A DNA stretch of 63,788 nucleotides, the filler included, from Peribolospora baueri (lineage: Eukaryota), in NCBI GenBank assembly GCA_029717555.1. It is 5 parts of 5 records of this genome, joined end to end, with 100 filler letters (N's around TTAATTAATTAA, not from the genome) between each part and the next. Parts side by side here need not be neighbours in the genome. Positions count along the whole stretch, not along the records: positions 14,953 to 28,667 come from JAMDHS010000167.1; positions 28,768 to 42,165 come from JAMDHS010000168.1; 3 more parts are not named here. One strand, written 5' to 3'. The translations under genes were made by a program, and so were the position numbers. Positions 28,144 to 40,700 of the stretch are shown one piece after another (the stretch's first letter is position 1; every line of letters starts with the position of its first letter). The notes below the pieces were generated by a model. It was not told the DNA's origin. It saw only the letters and a program-made list of their open reading frames with translations, and did not search any database.

Positions 28144-28376
28144 GGGAGTTGGGTGGGCCCGGCCCGACCCGGCGTGGAGGGAAAAAGGGGAATGTGAATG
28201 ACGTGTACGAGTATGACGATCGAAAAGCTGAATCGAGCTGGGGCTGGGCGTGCACACAGACTCGCAAACTCGCCCACTCTTTTGCTCCCCGATTCATCCG
28301 GAATCTATCACCCGTCCGTTCGCGTTCCCTCCTTGGCTTCTGAAAACCCCTTTTAACGTCGCGCTCAAAGCATTGC

Positions 28377-28667
28377 TCAAGTAGTCCTCCCTCTGCCATT
28401 CACCCAGGTTTCAAGGTCCCTCGCACTGCAAATATCGTTCGCGGTTTCGTTGACATCTGCTGATCTAGCTCTGACAGCCGAGGTCGACCTGACATTCGTT
28501 CGGTTTCAATCCAAGACTTGTTAGCGGCGGGGGAGATTGGTGAATGCTCGATTCCAAAGGACCAGAGAGACATGAACGGTCGCTCACATGGCGTCCAAGT
28601 CGAAGATGACACCAGGCCTCAACATGTCGGGATCAGTCTGAATAGGTTTGGTAATGGGAGGATAGGC
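28377..28667 (-). CDS. Possible 3' end of an unidentified gene cut by the contig end
   Basis: Open frame AYPPITKPIQTDPDMLRPGVIFDLDA, a GTGAGC donor, then an exon ending ...ETWVNGRGRTT-stop. No family recognised. Confidence 0.3.
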
Positions 28668-28767
28668 NNNNNNNNNNNNNNNNNNNNNNNNNNNNNNNNN
28701 NNNNNNNNNNNTTAATTAATTAANNNNNNNNNNNNNNNNNNNNNNNNNNNNNNNNNNNNNNNNNNNN
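28668..28767. other. Artificial contig spacer
   Basis: N44-TTAATTAATTAA-N44. Confidence 0.99.
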
Positions 28768-29597
28768 CGCTGCCGGCGGGGGAGAGGACGGGGACGTTGG
28801 CGGCAACGCCGATCAAGTCGCCGTTGGCCTGGGCAGAGTTGGAACCGCCAATAGCGGCAGCGTTGCCGTTGTTGTGGCCCTGGTCGTAGTCGTGGTCATG
28901 GTGGTACCAGCGCTTCCAGCCGTTCCAGCCGCCCTGACCGCCCTGAGCGACAGCACCACCCGCGGGGGAAAGGACGGGGACGTCGGCAGCAATGCCGATC
29001 AAGTCGCCGTTGGCCTGGGCAGAGTTGGAGCCGCCCATCGCAGCGGCGTTGCCGTTGTTGTGGCCCTGGTCGTAGTCGTGGTCATGGTGGTACCAGCGCT
29101 TCTTGAGGCCGCCGCCGTTGGCGACAGCGCTGCCGGCGGGCGAGAGGATGGGAACGTTGAGTCCGAGGCCGAGCAGGTCCCCGTTGGCGCCGGCAGAGTT
29201 GGAGCCGCCGACAGCAACGGCGTTGCCGTCGTTAGAGCCGTGGTCATGGTCATGGTGGTACCAGCGCTTCTCGCCCTGCCAAAGGAGAGATAGAAACGGG
29301 GTCAGAGGGGTGGGTTCAAGGACGAGAGATGAAGGAGGCGTGGTGGTACTAACGAGGAGGGCACTGTTGGCGTCGGCGCTGTTGCGGGCGACTGATGAGA
29401 GAGGGAGGAAAGGAAGGGACGAGGTTAGAAATTGGCGTCGATCGAAGGGTGGCTGGCTGCGGCAATTAATTAAGATGGACGGACGAACGGTGCACACCTT
29501 TCTTGGTCGCCGAGCCGTCGTTCCCAGGAAGAGGGGCGGCGCGGGCGTCGAGGGCGAGCCAGAGGCACAGAGAGACAAAGGTGGGCGTGAGCTTCAT
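28768..29597 (-). CDS. Secreted Kex2-processed repeat protein (KEP/repellent-like precursor); exons 29597-29498, 29391-29354, 29275-<28768; truncated at contig end
   Basis: Signal-peptide-like MKLTPTFVSLCLWLALDARA-AP, a short pro-region ending EKR, then at least 3 repeats of 56-62 aa, each WYHHDHD...GGSNSA.ANGDL(L/I)G...VP(I/V)LSPAG, separated by KR. Confidence 0.88.
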
Positions 29598-29776
29598 GGT
29601 GTCGGGCTCGGAGAGATGGAGAGGAGAAGATGGGGTGGAATAGGAAGAGAAGATAAAAGAAGATTAGGACGGGAGGATAGGAAATAAGAATTAAGATGAG
29701 GGGGTTAGAGGAGAGGAGGGGGGTGGAGGGGTTGGCGGTGGAGGATAGAAGGTGGAGGGGTGGACGAGGGGGCGCA

Positions 29777-29783
29777 TTTTATA
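29777..29783 (-). promoter_or_regulatory. Candidate TATA box (TATAAAA) of the repeat-precursor gene
   Basis: TATAAAA on the minus strand ~180 bp upstream of the ATG, followed by a CT-rich leader. Confidence 0.55.
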
Positions 29784-29859
29784 GACAAGGAGGGACATCG
29801 GGTTGGGACTGGCTTGACGGGTCGATGGTGGTGGGCGAGCGACGGAGAGGAGGCGAAGG

Positions 29860-30600
29860 GGACGAGGCGAGGCGAGGCGAGGCGTGAGAGGCGGCGGCGG
29901 TCTGGACCGGCAGCAGGGAGCGGGCCGAGCGGGTGGGAGAGAGTGGAGGTTAGCTTAGGTTAGGTTGGAGGTTAGCTTGGCGATGGCGATGGCGATGGCG
30001 ATGGCGAGCAAAGGTGAAACTTAACTGAAGGGAGGAAAGGAAAAGGCAAGGAAGGCAAGCGAAACTGAACGAAACAAAACAAAACAAAACAAAACGAAAC
30101 GTGGCCATGCGTTCGTTCCTGGGACGGCGGCGTTAGCGATGGCGACGGCGATGGCACCGTGCATCCTCGATTGAGTCGCCGATCTCGTCCTCGTGTGGGG
30201 GGCGGGTCCGGGTCCGGGTCGGTCCAAGGCCAAGGCCAAGGCCAAGCAAGGCCAGCTGGGTCCTGTGAGGTCAGCTGAGGCCATCCTGAGGTCAGGGTCG
30301 GCCGAGGCGAGGCGAGGCGAGGCAAAGAGAGGGCAGGTCAGGTCAAGGTCCGGCGACGCAGGTCGGCACAAGCCACGCCAGGCCAGGGCAGGTCAGGTCA
30401 GGACGGCGACGGCGACGACGCGCGTCAACGACCTTGCGGCGACGAGTAACTACGCAAGGGGCCGCCGGACTCGAGTCCAAGCCAAGCCAAGCCAAGCAAC
30501 GTGAACGTGTTTGCCGGCGCTTGATCTTGTCGGCCCGCCCAGCCCGGCCGTGGGGCGGCCAGCGGGAAAGGGATGCGAATGCGAATGCGAATGCTAGGTG
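29860..30600. repeat. Cluster of short tandem repeats: (GGCGA)n, (GGCGAT)n, (ACAAA)n, (CCAAGG)n, (GCGAAT)n
   Basis: Directly visible. Confidence 0.85.
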
Positions 30601-31714
30601 AGTGTGAATGCAAACAGCTTGGCTCCTCCTTCGTGGCCGGCGCTACTGCCCGATGCGCGCGCCCCCTCGGCCAGCCGTCGTCCGTTTCATCCCGTCGATA
30701 TGTAGGAGTGCGATGAGACGGAGCGACCGCTCTTCGCTTCGTTTCAGACGGCCGCCGGAGTTAAAGGACGACATGCAATGCGGCGACGTAAATGAAGGAA
30801 GGAGCAATATGAATGAGCGTTAGCGTCATTTCATCGTCGTGTTGATTCGGATTGAATGAGCGCTGGCGTGTTTGCATCTGTCCACCGTGTTGACGTCGAG
30901 TTTTGTTGACTCGTAGCTGACTCGTAGTGGACTCTTAGTGGATTCGTAATGGCCGCGTGCACGGCTGCGTGCCTGAGCATGAGCCTGGGCCTGAGCCTGA
31001 ACGAGAGCCTCCTGCTTCGCCTCCTGCCTCCTCCTGCTTCCTTCGCCCGCCTCCCGCCACCCCCTCCCCCCTTGCCCCCCTTTTGCCCCTTGCCCTTCGG
31101 CCCGTCCCACGAGGCAGTGCGCGCGGGCGCGGGCGCGCGCCAACGCAAGCCAGGAAGCCAGCGAAAGAGCGAGTGGGGAGCAGAGAGGGCCGTCGCAGAC
31201 ACACTCAGAGAGACGGAGGAGGACACGCCGTAGACTAGGCGGGGAAGAGGAGGTGCGGTGGTGGAGGAGGAGGAAGATGGCTGGAGGAGGCGACGGACGA
31301 CGGCGGGACGGACGGACGGCGGCGATGGCGGGACATGGACGAGATAATAAATAAATGGCGGGACGGCGATAAGGGGATCGACACGGATCGACCGACGGCT
31401 CGTCACGTCATCGCCGATCGACGACGACGACGACGACGCCCTCGCTCGGCCTCGGCCTCGTCCGCGTCGACGGACACACGTGCGTACGTACTTTACGCGC
31501 GGTAATGACCAAGGGACGCGACCGCGACGACGACGTCGCTTCCATTACGATTATGTGCAGCACCCACACATGCGCCTCAGCTCGATTCGTTCCATGCGAT
31601 TCGACCGACGGGTCGGGTGACAGACAGATAGAATGTAAGAGAAAGAAGGAGACAAACAAACAGACAGATATCGGTCGGTGGCTAGCGCTCGGTTGCGATC
31701 AGCGCCCCTTCTCG

Positions 31715-34700
31715 TCAAGAAAAGCCGACGCCGAGCGGGTCCACGCTCCTCGACGCCGCCCTGCCTCGCTCGTCATCCACCCCGGCGTCGCCCTCGCTCG
31801 TCCCTACATCCGCCCCTCCTGGCCGAGGCGACGACGTCGTCCCGCTCCGATCCCCATCGCCATCGCCATCGCCGACCTCGCTCCCGGTTCCCGTTCGCGT
31901 CGCACGCAAAGGACGAGAGGTCAAAGACACCCCCACCCCCGCTGCGGCCCGCCCCGGTGTCCGACGACCCTCGGACGAGAGCGGTGACGGCGGAGGAAGA
32001 GCCGCCGCGCCCGACAATGGCACCGCCGAACCGGTAGTAGTAGTGGTGGTGGTGGTGGTGGAAGAAGAAGAGGAGGAGGGTGAGCGCACGACAGTCGGCC
32101 CCGTCGCCTCTGCCTCGCTCGCGACAAACAGCCTCGCCGACGGCTCCTCTCGTCTCGCCGCCCAAGGGTTCTCAGCAGACCCGCGCACTGATGAAGCCGA
32201 TCGAACTGGCCCCTTCGCCGTCCGTGACGTTTTTTCACCACCGCCGCCAGAGCTCAGCGGGCTGACGGACGGCATCGAGGAAGACGAGGTAAGACGAGAG
32301 GACGGGACGGGCCCCCCGCCTGCTGCCACCACAGAAGTGGAGGAGGACGAGGAAGAGAGGGAAGACGAAGGCCAAGGCGACGGCCAGCCCGCTCCATCCT
32401 TCGCAGTGGCATTCGACGTCAAACTCGCAAACGACCTCGATCGCATCTCTCCCGACGTCAACGCCGCCGGCGTCACCCACCCCTCTTCTCCTTGACCTTG
32501 ACCTTGTTCCTGCTCCTCATATCCCGCGGCCCCACCCGCTGCCACGACGCCCGCGCCCACGTTCGACACCGCCGTCTGCACCCGCGCCCATCCGCCCAGG
32601 AACATGGTCTTCATCCTCGCCGCCGCCTCTGCCGCTGACGGCGGCGGTGAAAACGGCGCAGATGCAGAAGGAGATGGCGAAGATGACCGCGATTCTGGCG
32701 CTTGCGATGGAGACAGCTGCCGATACCGCGCCGGTGACCCGACAGGCGACCGAGGCGCGCCCATACCGCCGTCTGCCGACGAATGGATGGAGGAGCCGGT
32801 GGTAGAGGACGACCATCCGTCTGGACGCCGCTTCACTCGCGGCTGATAAGCCAACCCTCCGTCCCCACCTCCAGCCGCCGCTGCCGACAGGTCCTTTGGC
32901 GGTGGTGGCGGCGGCGGTGTCGGCGGCGGCGCTTTGCCACCCAGCACCGCGTCCTCCGATGACGAGTCGATCGGGCCCGTGAGCAAGGCCTCAGGCCGGC
33001 TCTGCGTTCCAGCGACGTCCTCGCCATTTGCTTCGTCGTCCCCTTCCGCCTGCTTTCCCGCCACAGCGACCGCAGCGACCGCGGCGAGCCTCTCCCTCTC
33101 CAACCTCTTCTCCTCCCTCAACCTCTGCCGCTCCCTCTTCTCTGCGTCCACCAGCGCGTTCATCTCCTCGTCGCCTCGCCCGAACAACTCGTACCAATAC
33201 CGCACGTCCTTCGGGTCCGCCAGGAGCACCCCCTGATCCGCGCCTTCTCTCCTGCTCTTCGGGTCATCCAAACCCGGATCGTACGCCGGGTTGAGGAACT
33301 TGTCCCGCCGGCCAGGCGCAAGCATTTCGTCCCACATGCTCACCGTGCTCTCCGCCGCCGGCCCTCGTCCGTTCTCCCCCGGCAACCGACGGTCGCGCTC
33401 GGTGGAAAAGAGGAAAGTGCCGTACTGGCACGAGTAGAGGTGATAGTGCAGCGTGCGCAAGAACCGCCCGTTGAACTCGAATCGATCCGGGAATTGCCTC
33501 ATCAACTGATGCACGCAGTCAAGAAACTGGTGAAACACCGGGGACGTCTCCTTGACGTGCGACTGCGACTGGAACAACTGCTTTTGCACTTGGCCCCAGA
33601 ACGCCGTCGCGGCCGCCTGCGCCTGTGAGGTGTCGAATCCCCCTCCGCCGATCTCTCCTCCCTCCGGCGTCCCGTTCTCTTTCGTACTCGCCCCGTATCC
33701 GGGCGCCGTCAGGAAGAACCTTTCGCTGCTCAGGTGGCCGCATCGGTCGGCAAACCGGTGTCCGAAGCTCAGCCAGTCCTTCTCGACGAGCACGGCGAAA
33801 CCGTTGAGCGTCCGGAAGTAGGGGTCCAGACAGAGCTCGGAGAGCGAGGCCAGCTGGGCCGTGCGATCCCACCCGTCGGAGCAGTGGATGAGGACGTGAG
33901 AGGAGTAGACGTGCACGTTGCGCGTAATCAGCGTGGCCCCTTCCAGGATGGCCGTCAGGTGGCGCAGCCAGTTGGACCTCCGCAGTGCGTGTTGGTCCAA
34001 AGGCGGTGGTTGGGACGTGCCGACGGCGTTCAGCGCCCCCGCCGACGTGCTTCCGAACGAAGGTGGCGCTTCCGACTCTCTCAGCGCCTCGTTGATCCGG
34101 TTGAGCGAGTCGCGCATCACGTGGATGTTGTCCACGCCAAGGTACGCCTTTTTGCACCCTTTGTAGTGCTCCATGTTCTCCGTTCCCGCACCCCTCGCGA
34201 CGTTGGCCATGGCGTTGGTCGTCGGCCGAGCGTCAATGATCAGGTTCGTCGTCGTCGCTCCGTACACCGCTGCCGTATTTGTCGACGACGCAGCGGCGAG
34301 CGCCGCTTTCGAGTGCGGTTCGGCAAAGTGGTGCGACGTGAAGATGGCCTCGATCAGCTTTTCGTCCTGAATCGACCGATTCTGTTTGATTCCGACCATG
34401 GGCTGACTCGAGCGCGTGATAGAGCCCTGCGTGGGAAGAGGCACGCGGTCAGTGACGGCGAGGGCGACCATGCCAAGCAAGGCGTGCGCGGTCTTCTCAC
34501 GTAATTTGCCCAGTGCAAGTACGATAATGCCGGTATCCTCGCCTTGCTCCTATACCTTGCCGCGTAGCCCAGAGTGGCATCGCTTATCCTCGACGGCACG
34601 ACGAGCTGGGCGGGGTAGGTGGAGCAGAACTGGGGAACGACGAGGGCCAAGCCGGTGTCAGATGCCAGCCGGCGAACATACTACGAGCGGAACACCGGGC

Positions 34701-35936
34701 GCGCGCACCTCATATTTCGAGTTGATATCAGTAAAACGCCACGCCTTTGTCCGTGTGCCCACGCCCTGCCTCGTGTACTCCCTTTTAAAATCGTAGATCT
34801 TCCACCCGTTCACGGGCGAAGGTGGCGTCGGTTGGGTATAAGTGAACGCATAGAGAGAGTCGATCGATGCTGTCAAAAGGAGAAAAGGCCACCGGGACGA
34901 TCCACGTGCAAGGCGCCGAGAATGCCGGTCAGGTAGAGCTTATGGGAAAAATTCCATGCCAGGGCGGGCGGGCGGGCGCTCTGCTAGAATAGGCGACTCA
35001 CAAGCGACGGCGCATCCCTTCACGCTCTCGAACACGTTATCCACGTCCTTCTCATTGGCGAATCCGAGTGCGAAAGACTCAAAGTTACGGAGCCGGAAGG
35101 CCAAGGGATAGATGCGAGCGTTGTTACTGGAGCGAGGGCCGTGAGGAGGCTTAAGTGGATTGTGAGGAGAGACGGAGAGGTCTTGGGACGAGGATGAAGG
35201 AGTGCCGGAGAAGAAAGTAGAAGAGGCGCCGGAAGGAAGGAGGGAGGGCGCGAGAAGGGGAGGGAGGCGGGTGACGAGGGATACGAGTGGGTAGGGAACC
35301 TGAGAAAGGGCGGAAAAGTGGTCCGAGAGTGGTGTCGTTCAGCTAGGCCGCCCAGGTCGCATAACGCATTATCGTTCGCCGAGGTCGGCAGAGACGCGTG
35401 CAGGTCAAATCGATCAGGCCTCCTATAGTCTTTCTACAATCGCCGCAAAGCCATTCGAGTCGAACGGTGCAGCATTTCGACTCGCATCAGTAGAAAGGGC
35501 TCTTCATCTCCATGTCCGTCTCCGCTCCATCGTAGTCTGTGGCGATCGCTCGGAGGGCACAAGCAACTCACCCAGAGCTCCGACTGCTCCGCTTGCTCTT
35601 CGCACCCACTGGCAGCGGAGGCGTTTGCTGATGCAAACAGAAAGATGAGGTGATGGGCCGTGAGGTGAAGCGTGCCAGCCGCGGTGGACTGTCTGCGTTC
35701 GATGAGCACGTGGTCCACCTGGGCTCGGGCAAATACCAGCAGATGAAGAAAAAGGCGGAAAGAGCGATCAGAACGTCAATTTGCCGTCCGCAGACCGATG
35801 GCTAAGCCCGTCAACAGCTTGACATGCGACAAGCAAAAATCGACTCGGGCCAAGTCGCGTGAGCAGGGGCAAGCGAGCCAAAGCCCGACCGGACGAAAGA
35901 CGACCGTCTCACCTTGGTGACCTTCAGCTTGTCCAT
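31715..35936 (-). CDS. YMR1: Myotubularin-family phosphoinositide 3-phosphatase, multi-exon
   Basis: MDKLKVTK / VDHVLIERR...GTLHLTAHHLIF (PH-GRAM-like), RYRSKARIPALSYLHW, ITRSSQPMVG, catalytic VLIHCSDGWDRTAQL, SPVFHQFLDCV. Confidence 0.93.
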
Positions 35937-37704
35937 CTCGGGCGGCTACAGCCCACCCGAAGAGAGGACGAAGATAAATACGGTTGAAGTAGAATAAGGA
36001 GGCCGAGAAGATGGAAAGGTGGCGATCGCCAGCGTTGATTCCCGGGCGCCAGACAGGAGGAGCTGGACAGAGATCGAACCGGAGACGGTACATCCACGTG
36101 GCACGCTGCGGCCATCCGCCGTTTGTTGCTGCGGCAGCTGCGGTAGGCTTGCCCAAGACGCCGACGCTCTTGACGGTTGCTCTCCCCTCCTTGGCGTCAG
36201 ACGGTATAGACCTTGAAGGCAACTCTCAGTCGCTCTCAACTGTGGCTCCTGTGAGCTCTCTACATTGTATTTCCCGTCGCCGGTGGACGTGTAGGACTTG
36301 ATTGATGTCAAGAGTCGTGCCCGGAGACGACCCCTCTTGAGCCTGTGGGTAAGATAAGAGACAGACATATACGACGTCGCAGGTGCACACACGCACACCC
36401 AACTCGTCATATCGTATTTGCAGCCATGTACTCGTATTGGTTTTCTGTCATAGCTTCGATGGTCAGTCCTGTCCATTTGCAATGGAAATTGACCGCTACC
36501 GATTGCTCCAGTATTACGCAGGTAACGCTCCTAGGAACGGGCATGCGTCTGCTTCGATGGCGTCCTTCCGCCGAGCTCCACTCACTCGAGGACCGACTGG
36601 GATGTGAATGTCACACTCGGCAGTGCCACCTCGGGGTCTTCGCCGGCTTGCGCCATAATCCGAACGCGCCCGAACTGATCCGATCAGATAAGTTTCTCGG
36701 TGACTCTGACAGTGTCAGCGCCCTGGTGCGTCATGCGCGGCTCTTGATCGCGAAGTCTCATCCATCTCATCCACTCGTCTCACCATCGTCTCCCTTCCTA
36801 TCCTCGCCTGGCGCATTTATGGATGGATTCAAACACGGAAACACGACCTAGACTAGTTCAACTATTGTATCCCGGACGCTCTCGCCAAGCCGGCCCGCGC
36901 CTCTGAGGCCGAAGCCTCCTCCATCGGACAGCACAGCCAGGTCCAACTAATCTCATCCAATCCCGTCCCTTCGCATCCCATCTCCATCCACCTCCCCACC
37001 TTGCTCCGACCCTCCCCTCCTATCTCTTCTTCAAGCGGCCTGTTCGTCAACATGCGCAAAGGAAAGGCGAGGGCGGGCCTTGGCGGCCGCCAAGCAGAAG
37101 GAGATGAGGCCGACGAGAGAACGGCACTGTTGGTGAGTAGATCAGACCGCACCAGTCGTTTCTTCCCTTCGATCCGCTCTTTGTCGCGACGCGTGAGCCG
37201 TTCTTCGGCTTAATATTCCTATACTATTTCGAGGACCGCTTGCGTTTTTGCCAAGCCTGTTTCGTCATGTATGCAGATCGTCCCACCCCGCTCGCAATGC
37301 GTCCGGGAAGAGGGTGGCCGCGCGGGAGCGGCGGCTCCCTCGTATCTGATAACTTTGATCTTGCTGTCCTTTGCTCTTCTCGTAATACTTTCCTTTTCAT
37401 ACTTTCCCTTTCGCCTTTCCTCCTCGTTCATTGCTGGCTCCTTCCTTCGACGGCAGGATTCCGACGCTTGTTTTTTTTTTTTTTTTTTTTTCGTTTTTCT
37501 TCTCTACATCCTTGCCATCCCGTCCTGGACAATTTCCCATCTTCACACCACCTGTCCACCCCATTTCACTCACCCTTCTCGCCGTCGCGTCGCATTATAT
37601 AACGTCAGAGCCGTGGCGGAAGCCGCTTTCAAGACTGGCAACAGCCTCTCTCATCTCCGCGAAGGGAGTCCCAGGACCAAGACAAGCGACACAAGGATTG
37701 GGAC

Positions 37705-40700
37705 ATGCATTCGGCATCATCGGCACCTGTGATACCTGGCCATGCGCCATCGACCTCTCAGCCGAATCACCATCACCACGCCCCTCATCCTGACTGTTCC
37801 CAAAACGGCCATCATCGTCACTCCCATCATCTCGTTCGCACTTCGCGTGACTTGGTGTTGTCCGGTCGCTCATCCACAGAAGGACGGACGAGGCACGGCT
37901 CCTCTGAGAACTCCCGTCGCTACCTCTCCACGCCTGCGCGTCCCCCTTCCCCGTCAGGAAGGACGGGCCACGCCGAAGCGAGCTCCGCCAAATCCACCGC
38001 CGGCTCCGGGTACCACAGCCCCCCGTCGCTATTCCCTGTTCCCCATGCGGGACAAAGTGACGTAGAGGTGTTCCGCGACCTCCCCGCGGAACGGGAGGCT
38101 CGACGATCGGTGGGAGGACAGCAAGGTGAAGGGCTGGAGGAAGAAGAGTTTGAGGAAAGACAGGAGGCCCATTTGCAGGCGCTCGAAATCGGCCTCGCTC
38201 CCGTGACCGCGGCCACTGCAAGCGCGCCAGCCATCGCGAATGCGACAGGGATGAAGGGGGCTTTGGTGGAGGCGGGGAGCCCGAAGGAGAGAATGGGGCA
38301 GCTGGAGACCGTCGAGGGGTTGTCGATGCCTGATGGAATGCTTGAGGCGCCTGGAGGGAGGACGAGCGCGTCAGACACTGGGGATTCGGGCAGGAGAGTC
38401 ACAGAGAGGGAGTTGGAGGAAGGAGGAAAGGTGAGAGGATACTCCTTGCGCTTCTCTCTGTTTTCCACGTGAGTGTGTGTCTTATCCTTACCTCTTGTCC
38501 TTCAAAGCCACCACCACCGCCCCCACCACCCCGCCGGAGGTTCCCGTTCTCCCTCTTCCCACCATTCAACTTTCGCGGCGCATTGGGCTACTTGCAACTG
38601 TTCCGCTATTCCTCCAAGGCCGACTATTTGCTCACCATCCTGGGATTCTTCGCCGCCGTCGCTGCAGGCGTGCCATTGCCACTGATCGGCGTGCTATTTG
38701 GCGAGCTCATCGACGGTTTCAACGACGCCTCATGCTCCACCTCTCTCCCCGGCCAAGACACTCCTCACAGTCTCCCTCCAGACAAGCGGGAGGCCTTTCA
38801 AGCGGCCGTGAACGACAAGGTGCTCAAAATCGTCTACGTGGCGATGGCCAACTTTGTCCTCATTTGGATCTACACCGCTTGTTGGAGCACTGTAGGCGAA
38901 AGGCTCGTCAGGAGGTTGAGGGAGCGATACGTCGAGGCGTTGATGAGGCAGGATCAAGGGTACTTCGATACGCTCGGACCGGGCACTGTTGCCAATCGAC
39001 TTGGGCCCGATATTCAGACCATTCAGGCCGGGACGAGCGAGAAGGTGAGGCCTTCTCTCAGATAGAGTCCTCTCTTGCGGGCCGTCACTTATGGTACTCT
39101 CAGATCGAGTCCTCTCTTGCGAGCCGTCATTTATGGTGAAACCGGCGTTGCATCATCTTTCCACATCGTTCCACACCCAGGTCGGCATTCTGATCTCCTC
39201 GGTCTCCTACTTCATCGTCTCCTACATCGTCGCCTTTATAAAGCTCCCTCTCCTAGCCGCAGAGCTTACCTCCCTCCTCCCAGCCTTCTTCCTAGTCTCC
39301 ATGATAGGCTCCCACTTTGTCTCCAAGTACACCGCCAGCAATTCAGCTCACCTCAGCAACGCTATCAGTCTGGCTGCGGAAGCACTCAGCAACTTGTCCG
39401 TCGTGCAGGCTTTCGGAATGCAGGAGAAGTTGGCAAAACTATATGATGAGCACCTGAGAAAGGCGAGGAGGGAGGGCGTAAAGAAGGCGATGGCTGCGGC
39501 CATGATGCTCGGGTGTCTATTGTGAGTCGCCGTTTCTTCCTCCTTTCGCAGCACTGTGGCTCACAGGGGAGCTGTTCTCCGCTGAACCTCCTCTCTTTTT
39601 CCAGCTTTGTCGGCTATTCGGCCAATTCGCTCGCCTTCTTCGAAGGAAGTCGAAGCATCATCGACGCCGCCCGCGGAAGGAATAAGAGCCAGAGCGTCGG
39701 CAATGTCTACACCGTCATCTTCTTGCTTCTCGATGGTGAGCGGTTGAAGATGTTCTCGTCTGCTGCGGCAAGACACCACGAGCTTAAGAGGGAAAAAAAA
39801 AACCGTCTCTTCGTCTTTCTTCTTCTTTCCACCCTCGACCCTCCCCCATCTCACACCATCACCATGACGTTTCACCAGCCTCGTTCATCATTGGGCAGAT
39901 CGCCCCCTACCTCCAGACCTTCTCCGCCGCCTCGGGCGCCGGGCGCTCCATCCTAGCCACTATAGCCAGACAATCTTCCATAGACGGCACCGACCTTTCT
40001 ACGGGCCTCACGCCCATCCTCCCCCTCCTGCCTGCGCCCACAGCTGCCTCCACAGCCGCCGCGCCAGCACAAAACGTCACCCTCGGCTTTCGCCTTCAAG
40101 ATCTGAGCTTCGCATACCCGAGCAGGCGCAATGTCCTCGCGCTCGATGGCGTCGACCTCGAGATCGAACCAGGAAAGCGCACCGGCATTTGTGGCATCTC
40201 TGGAAGCGGGAAGAGCACCGTCGTGGCTCTCGTGCAAAGATTCTATGACCCCATCGCCGGGTCGCTCAAGCTCACCGTCGGGCACGGTGGTCAGCAGGGC
40301 GTTGACACCAAAGATGTGGCCGACGTCAAAGATCTTAATTTGCGCTGGCTCAGAAGCCAGATCGGGATCGTCGGACAAGAACGTGAGTCGTTTCGCGTAA
40401 TAGCGTTGTCGGCAGAGGCTCTGCCCTCCTGTTACTGCGTATCTGGCAGTTAGTTGGCCTGACTCCTGTCGAGGTGGTCTTCATTCCCTCAGCTGTGTTG
40501 TTTGACTGCACCATCCTCCAATCCATCGCCCACGGTCTCATAAACTCTTCGCAACACGAGCACCTTCGCTCCACGCTTCTTTCCCTCGGCTCTCCTTCTC
40601 GTTCTGATTGTAGTACCGGCTCATCCAACTCCCGGGCCGAACGAGCCGCTGAGGACCGACATCTGGTCAGGCAGCGCGAGGAGCACGTGGCCGAGATCAG

